Source of the DNA: a virus
Lineage: Duplodnaviria > Heunggongvirae > Uroviricota > Caudoviricetes
IMG/VR virus record: IMGVR_UViG_3300020171_000017
Span: 1-48,684 of that record
DNA length: 48,684 bases
Reading direction: 5' to 3' (one strand)
The notes beneath the pieces are model-generated. The model did not search any database. It saw only the letters and a list, made by a program, of their open reading frames with translations, and was not told where the DNA came from. Shown piece after piece: positions 17,750-27,877 of the stretch (the stretch's first letter is position 1; each line of letters begins with the position of its first letter). Position numbers and translations under genes: made by a program.

Positions 17750-20050
17750 ATGAAGAAACTGCTAATTCATACCGATTCGCCGATGCTGCAGTCTGGCTTC
17801 GCGAGATGCGGTAGAGAACTTGCCAAACGATTTTACGAAAAAAAACATATAGATACACAGGGGAAAGAAGAGCGTGATTTTGAGATATCTTATGCCGCAT
17901 GGCATTATTTCAATAAACGTTACGATTTCCCCTATTTTTTATACCCGTTAAGTAAGGCTGATGGTGATGAACCGAAACAATTTAAAGTTATTCTTGGCGA
18001 CAGCCAGCCTGACTTAATCTTTTCGATTGGTGATCTTTGGAATTTCCAATCAATCTATGAAGTGGTCAGAGAGTATAAAGAAACTAAACCAGATGCCAAG
18101 TGGATTTTATGGCTGACGGTTGATGGTGAGCATCTACATCCTTCTTGGAAACAGGTACTTGATTATGCTGATGATGTGAATGTGTTTTCAAATTTCGCTA
18201 AAAATGAAATAAATTTATATTCCGGTATACAGGCTAATATTGTTTATCCTGGAGTGGATAGAGAAGTGTTTCATCCTATTAAAACAAATATTAAAGACAA
18301 TTCGTTGCCTTTTAATATAGGCCAAACGTTTTTAGTATTGAATGTAAATCAGAATACTGATCGTAAAAACATACCATTGACATTAGAAGGATTTAGAGAT
18401 TTCGCTAAAGACAAAGAAGATGTATTTATGATGTTAGTGACAGATCCTGAAGATCCGCATGGTTATGATTTATGGGATTTTATAAAATCTATGGGGTTGA
18501 ATAAAAAAGTAGCGATTACTCGCGAGGCAGGCCCTTTAAATGGCATGTCAGATGCTAAATTGAATTTGATGTATAACTTGGCTTCTGTAAGTATCAATAC
18601 AAGCATAGGTGAAGGGTTGTCGCTGCCTACATTAGAGGCTATGGCTGTCGGTACGCCTGTTCTCGCCACTGATTATGCCGCAGTACCTGAATTGATTAAT
18701 CAAGGCGGTGGTATAAAATTAAAAATCGTTGGGCATATGTATGGCTTTAATGGTATCAGGCGCGCGTTAGTCTCGAAAGAAGACGTTACCGCGCAATTAA
18801 ATATAATGTATCAGGATTATAAAACTGATAAGAAGTTGAAAAATTGGATATCAGAGAAATCACAGAAATTCGCCAGTATGTTGACCTGGGATAGAACTGC
18901 TAATATATTTTTTAAACGCATAGATAAAGTGTTAGAGAAAAAACAATTTAATTTTGTGCGTAATAGAGTAAAGATTAAAGAAATAAATCCTTTAATAGTT
19001 ATTCCAAGTTGGGGCACGCATTGCGGTATTGCGGAATATACTAAATCATTATTTGATGCAATTAGAGTAAGAGGCCAGCATGTAGTTACATTAGGCACGA
19101 ATGATTATGAAACGATAATTAAAATTGTTGAAGAAGGTAAATATAATGTTGTGAATATTGAACATGAATTTTCATTTTTTAAAGACAAAGAAGCGTTAAG
19201 TAAGATCCTTAAAAAACTTAACGAAATGAAGGTTAAGACAATTTTGACCATGCACTCATTAGTACCTGGTTTGGTGTCGCATAATGAATCGATTCTTACT
19301 AATGTCGATGAATTAATAGTGCATGCTGATTTTTTTAAACAAACATTAATGAAAAGGTTTGATGATAAAATTGGTAAATTTATTCCTGAAACTTGTAATA
19401 TTGAAGTTATACCTATGGGATGTGGTGATTTACACGAATATAATGTAGAAAAGATAAATGAAACAAAAAAACAATTGGGAATTGCAGAAAAAGCGCCTAT
19501 TATCGGTTCCTTCGGTTTTTTAAGAGATCAAAAAGGTTATCAAAACTTGCTTTTAGCAATTAAATTGTTGAAAGAAGAAGGTTTTAAAGATGTTTTAGCG
19601 TTATTGGTGTGTCCGCCGCACGAATTTGGATCGAAAACATATGATGAATCGTTTTTTAACTTTATTGAACGGCAAGGAATGAAAGATAATGTGCTGATTA
19701 TTAGAGAGTATCTTAAAGAAGAGAAATTACTCGATGTTTTACAGTGCGCCGATGTGTTTGTGCTGAATTATCAAGATCAACCGTCTGGCGGCGGTATATC
19801 TGCCGCTGTGAAGACGTTATTCCGCACGCAAAGACCGATTATTGTGAACGATGGGATCGCTTTTGCCGATTTAACGAATGAAGTGCTGAAGATTAAGAGT
19901 GTGTCGCCTTTGTCGTTGATCGAACCGATAAAAAATGTACTGGAAAATAAAGAATTAGCCGAGCAATTGGTTAAAAACGCGAATAAATATATTGAAAACA
20001 ATAATTGGGAGTGCGTGGCACAGAAACATTTAGATTTGTATGCGAAATAG
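17750..20050 (+). CDS. Two-domain GT-B (GT4-like) glycosyltransferase
   Basis: Domain 1: SGFARCGREL...EGLSLPTLEAMAVGTPVLATD. Domain 2: SWGTHCGIAEYT...GSFGFLRDQKG...CADVFVLNY. Confidence 0.9.
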   Translation: MKKLLIHTDSPMLQSGFARCGRELAKRFYEKKHIDTQGKEERDFEISYAAWHYFNKRYDFPYFLYPLSKADGDEPKQFKVILGDSQPDLIFSIGDLWNFQSIYEVVREYKETKPDAKWILWLTVDGEHLHPSWKQVLDYADDVNVFSNFAKNEINLYSGIQANIVYPGVDREVFHPIKTNIKDNSLPFNIGQTFLVLNVNQNTDRKNIPLTLEGFRDFAKDKEDVFMMLVTDPEDPHGYDLWDFIKSMGLNKKVAITREAGPLNGMSDAKLNLMYNLASVSINTSIGEGLSLPTLEAMAVGTPVLATDYAAVPELINQGGGIKLKIVGHMYGFNGIRRALVSKEDVTAQLNIMYQDYKTDKKLKNWISEKSQKFASMLTWDRTANIFFKRIDKVLEKKQFNFVRNRVKIKEINPLIVIPSWGTHCGIAEYTKSLFDAIRVRGQHVVTLGTNDYETIIKIVEEGKYNVVNIEHEFSFFKDKEALSKILKKLNEMKVKTILTMHSLVPGLVSHNESILTNVDELIVHADFFKQTLMKRFDDKIGKFIPETCNIEVIPMGCGDLHEYNVEKINETKKQLGIAEKAPIIGSFGFLRDQKGYQNLLLAIKLLKEEGFKDVLALLVCPPHEFGSKTYDESFFNFIERQGMKDNVLIIREYLKEEKLLDVLQCADVFVLNYQDQPSGGGISAAVKTLFRTQRPIIVNDGIAFADLTNEVLKIKSVSPLSLIEPIKNVLENKELAEQLVKNANKYIENNNWECVAQKHLDLYAK

Positions 20051-20053
20051 GAG

Positions 20054-21019
20054 ATGAAAATGGCTGAAAAATGTAAAATAGGTATTGGAGCACCAACCTA
20101 TAACTCGGTAAAACGGTTAGAGATGTTACTTTCTTCGCTGGAACTTTATGGGGTAGATAGTTATGACGCACGAGTTGTGATCTTGGATGATGGTTCGCCT
20201 GATCCAGAGATGAGAAAAGGTGTTGAAGAACTCGCACTTCGGTTTGGTGCAGATTTTATTCAGCATGAAACTAATAAAGGTATACCTGCGGCGTGGAATT
20301 CGTTGACGGATCACTGTGATTGTCAATATATGATTTTACTAAATGACGATATTGCGGTTTCTCAAAATTGGCTGAGAAACTTTGTTTATTTTATGGATAA
20401 TAATCCACAAATCGGCAATGTTGGGTTTTCTATTGTGCATGTTGATCCCGTTACGATGTTGCCTGACAAAAGATTTACGCCACCTGATGAAAATTCTCCA
20501 CCTGGTCGTTGTGGCTCACCCAATGGCTGTAGCTTTGGCTTCCGTAAAGAATTATGGAAAAAGATAATTAATCATGACAATAGCCGGGGGTTTTGGGAAA
20601 ATCTGATCAGTTTTTATGAGGAATTATCGTTTTCTTTTGAGATAGCGAAGATGGGTTTCCATTCTTTTCAGTTACCTACACCACTTTTAGAGCATTTAGG
20701 TAGTCGTACTTTTGGTGAAAATAAAGAACTATCTACAAGACAAATAGGTTCCTATATTACAAAAGAAGAATATTTGCGTAGAATGAAAGAAAATAAAAAT
20801 TTATGGATACCGTTTGAACAACACGAGGAATTAGCCTTAAAACAAAATTTAGCCTTACGGATGGATTATTCAAGAATGATGTTTTCGAAACATTGGGGTG
20901 CGGATGATTATCTTTCTTCTCCACAAGTATTTGTACATTCTAAATATGTAGATATATTGCCAAAAATAGAGGTTAAATGGTTGGATAAAGATGGGAATGA
21001 GAGAAAGCAGCTGATATGA
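20054..21019 (+). CDS. GT2 family glycosyltransferase
   Basis: IGAPTYN, VILDDGS, NKGIPAAWN, LLNDD. Confidence 0.9.
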   Translation: MKMAEKCKIGIGAPTYNSVKRLEMLLSSLELYGVDSYDARVVILDDGSPDPEMRKGVEELALRFGADFIQHETNKGIPAAWNSLTDHCDCQYMILLNDDIAVSQNWLRNFVYFMDNNPQIGNVGFSIVHVDPVTMLPDKRFTPPDENSPPGRCGSPNGCSFGFRKELWKKIINHDNSRGFWENLISFYEELSFSFEIAKMGFHSFQLPTPLLEHLGSRTFGENKELSTRQIGSYITKEEYLRRMKENKNLWIPFEQHEELALKQNLALRMDYSRMMFSKHWGADDYLSSPQVFVHSKYVDILPKIEVKWLDKDGNERKQLI

Positions 21020-21058
21020 ACAAGAAATCGCACCGCAATCTATGAGCGGTGCTCATAG

Positions 21059-21463
21059 TTAGGTGCGTTGATTCTGTATATATTTCTTAACAATATCTAA
21101 AGGAGCACCGCCAGTGGAAACAGCGAAATATCCAGATGACCAAAGTGTGTGTAAATGTCTTCCGAAATATGGGAAGGCGTACTTATGTTTTAGATATGAT
21201 GATGATTTTGCTTTTAATGCACCTATAACATTTCCAAGTGTATCTTGTGGAGTTAATTCTAGAAGAAAATGCACATGGTCTGTATCTCCGTTTATTTCAG
21301 TAATTTTTACTAACATTTTTTCTGCCATATTCGGCAGTACAGCGATCAAATCTTTAAGAATATCGTGAGAAAGACAGTGATACCTAAATTTAGTGACCCA
21401 GACAACGTGGTAAGTAAGAAAGAACTTACAATGTGCCTTACTTTTAAGGTCGTCATATCTCAT
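21059..21463 (-). CDS. tnpA: IS200/IS605 Y1 (HUH) transposase
   Basis: YHVVWVTKFR, DHVHFL (HUH), LWSSGYFAVSTG, YIQNQ (catalytic Tyr). Confidence 0.95.
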   Translation of the reverse strand: MRYDDLKSKAHCKFFLTYHVVWVTKFRYHCLSHDILKDLIAVLPNMAEKMLVKITEINGDTDHVHFLLELTPQDTLGNVIGALKAKSSSYLKHKYAFPYFGRHLHTLWSSGYFAVSTGGAPLDIVKKYIQNQRT

Positions 21464-22510
21464 AAATTAACTCCTATTTTGGATTTGTTATACCAGAAAG
21501 CAAATGTATGTGTTAAAGAAATGTTAACGCATAGAGAACTTTCTTCTTCAAAATATTATAAAAGTATTCCGTGCGTACTTGCGAAATCTCTTATTACAAA
21601 ATATCAGAAAAATAAAAAGATTAAGATGGTTAGTAAGTTAGTATTACCTATATGTGGAGATAAAGGGAAACAAGTAAAACTTGTTAATGATGGAGTTCGT
21701 ATTCCTGCTATTTTTAAAAAAATAATAATACCAATAATTTTTCCTAAACCGATTGTTGGACATATTAGACAAGTTGAGTTCTTCAAAAGAAACAAAAAAT
21801 GGTTTATGTCCTACTCATATAATACTCTTATTATAGCACAACAAACAGTATTAAGTTATCTTGGAGTTGATAGAAATGCTGTAGGTAATGTTGCTACGAT
21901 TGCAGACTCTGCTACTGGCAAAGTTATGGTACTCGGATGCGATGTATCAAAAATAACAGAAAATTTTCGTAACCGCAGAAAGAATTTACAAAGGAAAGGA
22001 GCAAATCATGCATTAATAAAACTCAAAAGAAAACAAAGTAATAAGATTAAAGATATTAACCACAAAGTTTCCCGTACCATTGTTGACTATGCCAAAGTAC
22101 ATCGTTCCGCTATTGTGTTAGAAGATTTAGGGAATATTTCTAAAAAAGGTAAAGCCAAGAGATATGTACAGAGATCTCAGTGGTCTTTTTATCAATTAGA
22201 AATGTTTCTAAAATACAAAGCGGCTTTGCTTGGCATACCACTTTACTATATTAATCCTAGGTACACTAGTCGGATATGCAGTAGATGTGGCAGCCTCAAC
22301 TTACCAAATGGTAAGTGCTATAAATGCACATCATGTGGACACTTTGACCATAGAGATGCCAACGCTGCTTTCAATATATCAGCACAGGCAGATTTTCTCT
22401 GTAGGAGAACAGCAGTAGACAGAGTTGCTGCTGTGGGGCATATTGGTATTCCCCTAAACCAGAGAGTTGAGGAAGCAATGCAACTGGAATCGTTGGGCGG
22501 TGCCCGATGA
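21431..22510 (+). CDS. tnpB: TnpB RNA-guided nuclease (compact)
   Basis: RuvC-I LGVD, RuvC-II VLEDL, TSRICSRC...CTSC zinc finger, RuvC-III RDANAA. ATG 21431 preferred (GTG 21365 is an alternative). Confidence 0.92.
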   Translation: MCLTFKVVISHKLTPILDLLYQKANVCVKEMLTHRELSSSKYYKSIPCVLAKSLITKYQKNKKIKMVSKLVLPICGDKGKQVKLVNDGVRIPAIFKKIIIPIIFPKPIVGHIRQVEFFKRNKKWFMSYSYNTLIIAQQTVLSYLGVDRNAVGNVATIADSATGKVMVLGCDVSKITENFRNRRKNLQRKGANHALIKLKRKQSNKIKDINHKVSRTIVDYAKVHRSAIVLEDLGNISKKGKAKRYVQRSQWSFYQLEMFLKYKAALLGIPLYYINPRYTSRICSRCGSLNLPNGKCYKCTSCGHFDHRDANAAFNISAQADFLCRRTAVDRVAAVGHIGIPLNQRVEEAMQLESLGGAR

Positions 22511-23130
22511 GTATCAAAATTGACCTGCATTTAAGAGAAGATATATTAGAGCATTTCCAAAATTTTGAATATTTCAACTGCAAAAATCCTGAAAGGCTAG
22601 ATTTTTCAAGAGTAGACAATATCACTGGCATCCAACAGGAGGCGTTCCTATTATATTGGATTTTAAAACAAATGCAAGAGCATGGTTGGGGGGTGGGGCT
22701 TGACATTGGTTGCGGCCAAGGTGCGCATTTCGGTTGTATCGGTTTAGATAAATATTACGGCAAGTCCCACCCCCAATACGGCGGTGAATATTTACCACAT
22801 ATTACATCCTTAGCAGAAAATATTACTTGTTTTAATGAAGGTACCTTCGGCTGGATCCTTGCGTCACATATTCTCGAACATGTTAATAATCCAGTAATTA
22901 CATTTCGTAGCTGGTTAAAACTGCTTCGTAAAAATGGCATTATAATTCTTTTGCAACCAGATGCAAATTTTGAGATTCCATGTCCGTGGGACCCAAGCCA
23001 TAAAAATTTTTACACACCAGAAGATTTCAGAAACAATTGCATATTGCCGAATCAAGATTTAATTCAAGAATTAGAATTTAATTCACTAAATAATAATTTC
23101 TCAATGAATTTTATCGGCAGGAGGATCTAA
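22507..23130 (+). CDS. Class I SAM-dependent methyltransferase
   Basis: LDIGCGQG, ASHILEH, LLRKNG. The current start codon lies within the IS right end. Confidence 0.88.
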   Translation: MSIKIDLHLREDILEHFQNFEYFNCKNPERLDFSRVDNITGIQQEAFLLYWILKQMQEHGWGVGLDIGCGQGAHFGCIGLDKYYGKSHPQYGGEYLPHITSLAENITCFNEGTFGWILASHILEHVNNPVITFRSWLKLLRKNGIIILLQPDANFEIPCPWDPSHKNFYTPEDFRNNCILPNQDLIQELEFNSLNNNFSMNFIGRRI

Positions 23131-23133
23131 AAC

Positions 23134-24153
23134 ATGAAGGTACTTATGCTAACTCACCCCGAACAAGATTACGGAGAATTTTTTCTCTTTTCTGGGCTAA
23201 TCAATTTATTAGGTGAAGATAATCTTATTGTATATCCACAAAAGTTATCATATATGGGTTTTGCGGATACTTCTTATTTATTGCATAATGAAAACAAACG
23301 GGGCATGACTTGTCCTGCTAGTTATGTAGTGCTAAAAAAGCTGCGTATATATCCGTTTGAAGAAATAGTAGATGAGATGTCTAGTATAGATTTAATTGTA
23401 TTAGCATCGCCGAGACATTATGCGATACATGCATTACAGTTTATAAAACAGATTTATGGCAATATACCGAAGCCATTAGCTTTTGTTGATGGCGAAGACG
23501 GCGACAATATACGAGAAGATTTAATTGAAGAATTTAAACCGCAATTTATATTTAAACGTGAATTGCGATACCCGATACCTAATATACATCCTTTACCATT
23601 TTCATCTTGTCTGCCTTATTTGCCTTATTTTGAAGAATTAAAATCTATGCCAAAGACACTTGATGTTTTCGCTTTATTCGGCAATACGCATCAAATACGA
23701 GTGGATGTAATACAGTTTTTATTAGAACAAAATCTGCCTAATTCATATATAGGCATAGATACAAACGCTTTACCTTGGCAAAATGAGAACAGATTTAAAA
23801 TACCGCCGTTAGTAGGGTATGAAGTATACTTAAGAAAGATGGCTTCGGCGAAGATAAACATAGTCTTGCGTGGTCATGGCCGAGATACAGTAAGATATTG
23901 GGAAGCGGCCAATGTAAATTCTCTTATGTTGATAAAAGATCCAGGGATTATTATCCCGCATCCGTATATCGATAAAGTGCATTGTGTTTATTTTGATGAA
24001 TTAAATGATTTACGAGAAAAGATAGATTATTACTTATCGCATGAAGATGAAAGGCTGGCGATAGCTAATAACTGCTTTGAACATACTATGAAATATCATA
24101 CAAATGAAAAAAGAGCCGAACAATTTTTAGAAACAATAAAAAATAACCTATAA
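23134..24153 (+). CDS. CgeB-like GT-B glycosyltransferase
   Basis: AKINIVLRGHG..TVRYWEAA, KIDYYLSHEDERLAIA...HT..KRAE. Confidence 0.8.
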   Translation: MKVLMLTHPEQDYGEFFLFSGLINLLGEDNLIVYPQKLSYMGFADTSYLLHNENKRGMTCPASYVVLKKLRIYPFEEIVDEMSSIDLIVLASPRHYAIHALQFIKQIYGNIPKPLAFVDGEDGDNIREDLIEEFKPQFIFKRELRYPIPNIHPLPFSSCLPYLPYFEELKSMPKTLDVFALFGNTHQIRVDVIQFLLEQNLPNSYIGIDTNALPWQNENRFKIPPLVGYEVYLRKMASAKINIVLRGHGRDTVRYWEAANVNSLMLIKDPGIIIPHPYIDKVHCVYFDELNDLREKIDYYLSHEDERLAIANNCFEHTMKYHTNEKRAEQFLETIKNNL

Positions 24154-24154
24154 A

Positions 24155-25264
24155 ATGCGAATTTTGATAGCTAATACAGAGTTTGAAGACAGAGAATATT
24201 CATCAAGTGACAGTTTAATTCAGGCTTTTAAAGATCTTGGGCATGAAGTTATTACGTGTGGCGCGAAACTCGGTAATTTTGAAGGTGAAATGTTGAGTAA
24301 AAGAGATGTTAAAGTATACGATAGCAGGGTGCATCCTGAAATTTATTCTTATGATCATATTTTACAGCAATGTGATAAAGCGCCTGATCTGATTTTACAG
24401 GTAGATCCGCATTTTTATTTTATAGGAGAAAAACCTAAAGGCATAAAATGCGCATATTATATTGTTGATGTGCATCGTGGCGCCGAAGTATTTAGAAAAA
24501 TGGCTATAACAGGCAAGTTTGATTATGTGTTTATAGCGCAAAAATATTTTATGCCGCATTTTAAAAGAATAGGATTAAACTGTTATTGGTTACCGCGCGC
24601 GTATGATGACATATATATAAAAGAATATGAAGATGTTAATATTGAATGTGATATTTCGTTTTGCGGCGAAACAGGATTGCACAGCACTTTAAATACATTT
24701 AATGACATAGATGAGCAATTACAATTAACATATCATAAAGATGCGTATGAACTAATTTCGTCAGATTTACGTTATCGCAGTTGGGAAAATCATACTATGG
24801 AATATGCTGAACGCGCAGAAATATTTACTAGATTATCAAGAGATTTTAATTTAAGAATATATGCTAAATCTTATGGGTCAAAATACGCGCAAGCGATATG
24901 TCGAGGCAAAATAACTGTAAACCATAGTTTATGGAAAGATTCGGCCTTACGTAATTTTGAAGTATTAGCGTGCAATAGATTTTTAATTTCTGATTATATA
25001 CCTTTTCAAGAAAAGTTATTATTAGATAAAGTGCATTATAGGTCATATAATCAATCTTTTAGGCCTTTTTTACAGAATTTTGATTTAGAATATGAAGAAA
25101 TAAAAATGCTGGTTGATTATTATTTAAATAATGATGATGAACGAAATAAGATTATTCAGCAAGGTAATGAATTTGTAAAGAAGTATCATACTTTTAAACA
25201 TAGAGCACAAACTATTATCGATACTGTTAATGGAAAATGCGATGGATATATTAAACCCTATTGA
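24155..25264 (+). CDS. CgeB-like GT-B glycosyltransferase
   Basis: WLPRAYD, CDISFCG, RNFEVLAC, YYLNNDDERNKI...HTFKHRA. Confidence 0.85.
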   Translation: MRILIANTEFEDREYSSSDSLIQAFKDLGHEVITCGAKLGNFEGEMLSKRDVKVYDSRVHPEIYSYDHILQQCDKAPDLILQVDPHFYFIGEKPKGIKCAYYIVDVHRGAEVFRKMAITGKFDYVFIAQKYFMPHFKRIGLNCYWLPRAYDDIYIKEYEDVNIECDISFCGETGLHSTLNTFNDIDEQLQLTYHKDAYELISSDLRYRSWENHTMEYAERAEIFTRLSRDFNLRIYAKSYGSKYAQAICRGKITVNHSLWKDSALRNFEVLACNRFLISDYIPFQEKLLLDKVHYRSYNQSFRPFLQNFDLEYEEIKMLVDYYLNNDDERNKIIQQGNEFVKKYHTFKHRAQTIIDTVNGKCDGYIKPY

Positions 25265-26258
25265 TCCAATAAAAATAATTATGCATAAAGATAAAATTAT
25301 GCAGATTATTAACAACGAATTGCCGTTGCCTATTACCGTAGGTTTAGATATTTCTAATTATTGCAATAATGATTGTGTTTGGTGTTTATTTAAAGAGTAT
25401 CGTAAAAATCATTTATGCAATATGCCGAAAGATTTGATTTTTAAAACCCTTCTTGATTTAAAAAATGCGGGTGTTTTTGCGGTATGCCTTTCAGGCGGCG
25501 GTGAACCGACGATGGATGTGGTATGTAATGATACAATATTATACGCAAAAGAGGTAGGATTAGATATTTCTCTTAATACAAATGGCGTGTTACTTGATAC
25601 CATTAGTGATGATGCTATTAAGGCATTAACCTATCTTCGAGTAAGCCTTGATGCAGGTTCTAATGAAACGCATAATTTATTACATCAACCAAAAGAAAAA
25701 GATAGTTTCAATAAAATCATCTCTGTATTAAAAACCATTTGCGCTAAAAAATTAACGACTGTTGGTGTAGGATTTTTAGTACATCAATTAAATTGCCATG
25801 AAATTTTAGCTTTAACTAAAATTCTTGATGATATTGGCTGTGATTATTTGCAGGTTAGGCCGCTTAAAAATATTGTTTTAGATAAAGATAGTGAAGAAAA
25901 GTTTTTAGAACAACTTGTTTTGATTAAGCAGCAACTAAAGATAAAAGTTTTTGAAACTTTCACTAAAATGGAAGATACAATAAATAAGAAAGTTTGTTTT
26001 TCTAATTGTTATGTAAAATATCTTGTTTCTAATATAGGTCCTGATGGATATGTATATCCATGTTGTGAATTGCGCGGTGTTAAACCGATAGGCAATATAA
26101 AATATGACAGTTTTTTTGAAATATGGCATTCATCTAATCATAAAAATATTTTAAAGAATATTGATATAGTTAATTGTCCACCTTGTAAATATGCTAAAAC
26201 TAATGAAATAATAGAGAAATATATAGTAAATGATCCAATCCACAGAAATTTCATATAG
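25230..26258 (+). CDS. Radical SAM enzyme with SPASM/twitch domain
   Basis: CNNDCVWC (CxxxCxxC), SGGGEP, TNG, GPDGYVYPCC...IGNI...CPPC. Confidence 0.9.
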   Translation: MENAMDILNPIDPIKIIMHKDKIMQIINNELPLPITVGLDISNYCNNDCVWCLFKEYRKNHLCNMPKDLIFKTLLDLKNAGVFAVCLSGGGEPTMDVVCNDTILYAKEVGLDISLNTNGVLLDTISDDAIKALTYLRVSLDAGSNETHNLLHQPKEKDSFNKIISVLKTICAKKLTTVGVGFLVHQLNCHEILALTKILDDIGCDYLQVRPLKNIVLDKDSEEKFLEQLVLIKQQLKIKVFETFTKMEDTINKKVCFSNCYVKYLVSNIGPDGYVYPCCELRGVKPIGNIKYDSFFEIWHSSNHKNILKNIDIVNCPPCKYAKTNEIIEKYIVNDPIHRNFI

Positions 26259-26849
26259 ATGGAAGAAATAACTGAAATTCTTAAAGGTACACTTCTTGAT
26301 TATTCAAATCTCGTGCGGCATTCTGATGATATGTATAAAATAGAACGCATGCAGCATAGGCTTCAGTGGTTAAAAGAAAATAGTTGCGGCAGAATCATTG
26401 AAGTAGGTTGTGCTACAGGTTATGTTTTGAATTATGTGAATGGTCATGTCGGCATTGACACAGATAGAGAAAGGTTAAAAGTTGCGAAAACACGTTGCCC
26501 TAATTTAGAATTTTATTTATGTGATGCACAGAAGATAGATTTTCCCGATAAATTTTTTGATACAGTATTGTTGCCGGAAATCCTTGAACATATGCCGTTT
26601 GATAAAAGCATTAAAGTATTCGAAGAAGCGGTTAGGTTAGGGAATTGTGTTATATTCACAGTTCCGAAAGCTGGTGGAGAAGAAGATAGAAATAAGAATC
26701 CCGAACATTTTTGGTTGGCTACTGATTATGAAGTAAAACAATTAATGAAAGAGAGAAAAATTACCGCGAAATTTGAATCTGATGATTTCTTTTTCATAAA
26801 AATAAATAGTTCTATCCACAAAAATTTCGTGTACGGAGAACAGAATTGA
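26259..26849 (+). CDS. Class I SAM-dependent methyltransferase
   Basis: IEVGCATG, GID, FPDKFFDTV...EILEH. Confidence 0.88.
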   Translation: MEEITEILKGTLLDYSNLVRHSDDMYKIERMQHRLQWLKENSCGRIIEVGCATGYVLNYVNGHVGIDTDRERLKVAKTRCPNLEFYLCDAQKIDFPDKFFDTVLLPEILEHMPFDKSIKVFEEAVRLGNCVIFTVPKAGGEEDRNKNPEHFWLATDYEVKQLMKERKITAKFESDDFFFIKINSSIHKNFVYGEQN

Positions 26850-27877
26850 AAAATATACTCGTTTTAAGCGCGGGTGGTTCAGCAAGCACTAATTTTATCA
26901 GATCATTAAGGTTATCAAGTGAAGAATTTAATATTGTCGGCACTGATTCAAATAAATATTATATACAAAGATCAGAAGCAGCAAAAAGTTACTTAATACC
27001 TTTATGCATAGATCAAGGTTATATACCTGCATTAAAACAGATTGTTAAAAAAGAGAAGATAGATTTTATGCATTTACAAAATGACAGGGAAATATCGGTT
27101 ATTTCAGAAAATAGAAAAGAATTTAAAAATAAATTGTTTTTGCCTGATAAAGAAACAATTAGAATTTGCCTTGATAAATATAAATCATATTTAAAATGGA
27201 AAAATATAGTGCCACAGCCAAAAAAGTTTCTTATAAAAACAAAGGCTAATTTAAAAACCGCGTTTAGTTTATTAAAAGATGAAAAATGGTTAAGAGAAAT
27301 TACAGGCGCAGGCGGCAGAGGGTCATTAAAAACAACTGATTTTGATGAAGCTTTTTATTGGATTAATAAACATAATGGTTGGGGTAAATATGAAGCAGCT
27401 GAATTCTTATCTGATCAATCAATTACCTGGTCATCTATATGGCAAGATGGTAAATTAATTGTTGCCCAAGGCAGAAAGAGGCTGTTCTGGGAGTTAGCTG
27501 CAAATACATTATCAGGTGTAACTGGTTCTACAGGCGGCGCGGTAACAATTTCAGATAAAGCGTTAGATGAAATAGCAGAAGCAAGCATTCTTGCGATCGA
27601 TAAAAAACCACATGGAATATTCTCGGTAGATCTGACCTATGATAGAAATGGTGTGCCAAATGTTACGGAAATTAACATCGCCAGGTTCTTCACTACTATT
27701 CTTTTTTTTACAGAAGCAGGCTTAAACATGCCTTTGATATATACAAAACTTTTTTTTAATGAAGAAATTAAAATTGATAAAAAATACAATCCATTATCGG
27801 ATAATTATGCATGGATTCGCGGCATGGATTTTTTGCCTAAATTATTAACCCCAGAAAAATTTGAAAATTTAAAATGA
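26846..27877 (+). CDS. ATP-grasp ligase (CarB-like, polysaccharide-cluster type)
   Basis: ILVLSAGG...IVGTDS, GAGGRGS, EFL, VDL...NVTEINIARF. Confidence 0.82.
   Translation: MKNILVLSAGGSASTNFIRSLRLSSEEFNIVGTDSNKYYIQRSEAAKSYLIPLCIDQGYIPALKQIVKKEKIDFMHLQNDREISVISENRKEFKNKLFLPDKETIRICLDKYKSYLKWKNIVPQPKKFLIKTKANLKTAFSLLKDEKWLREITGAGGRGSLKTTDFDEAFYWINKHNGWGKYEAAEFLSDQSITWSSIWQDGKLIVAQGRKRLFWELAANTLSGVTGSTGGAVTISDKALDEIAEASILAIDKKPHGIFSVDLTYDRNGVPNVTEINIARFFTTILFFTEAGLNMPLIYTKLFFNEEIKIDKKYNPLSDNYAWIRGMDFLPKLLTPEKFENLK

Larger units (their letters stand above)
21021..22517. mobile_element. Complete IS200/IS605-family element (divergent tnpA and tnpB)
   Basis: Left hairpin CTATGAGC-GGT-GCTCATAG (21040-21058) with guide CAAT, matching the flanking target TGAA (21017-21020). 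Right hairpin CGTTGGGC-GGT-GCCCGATG (22491-22509) with guide GAAT and terminal TCAA (22514-22517). Removal restores ATG AAA ATT GAC. Confidence 0.88.
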
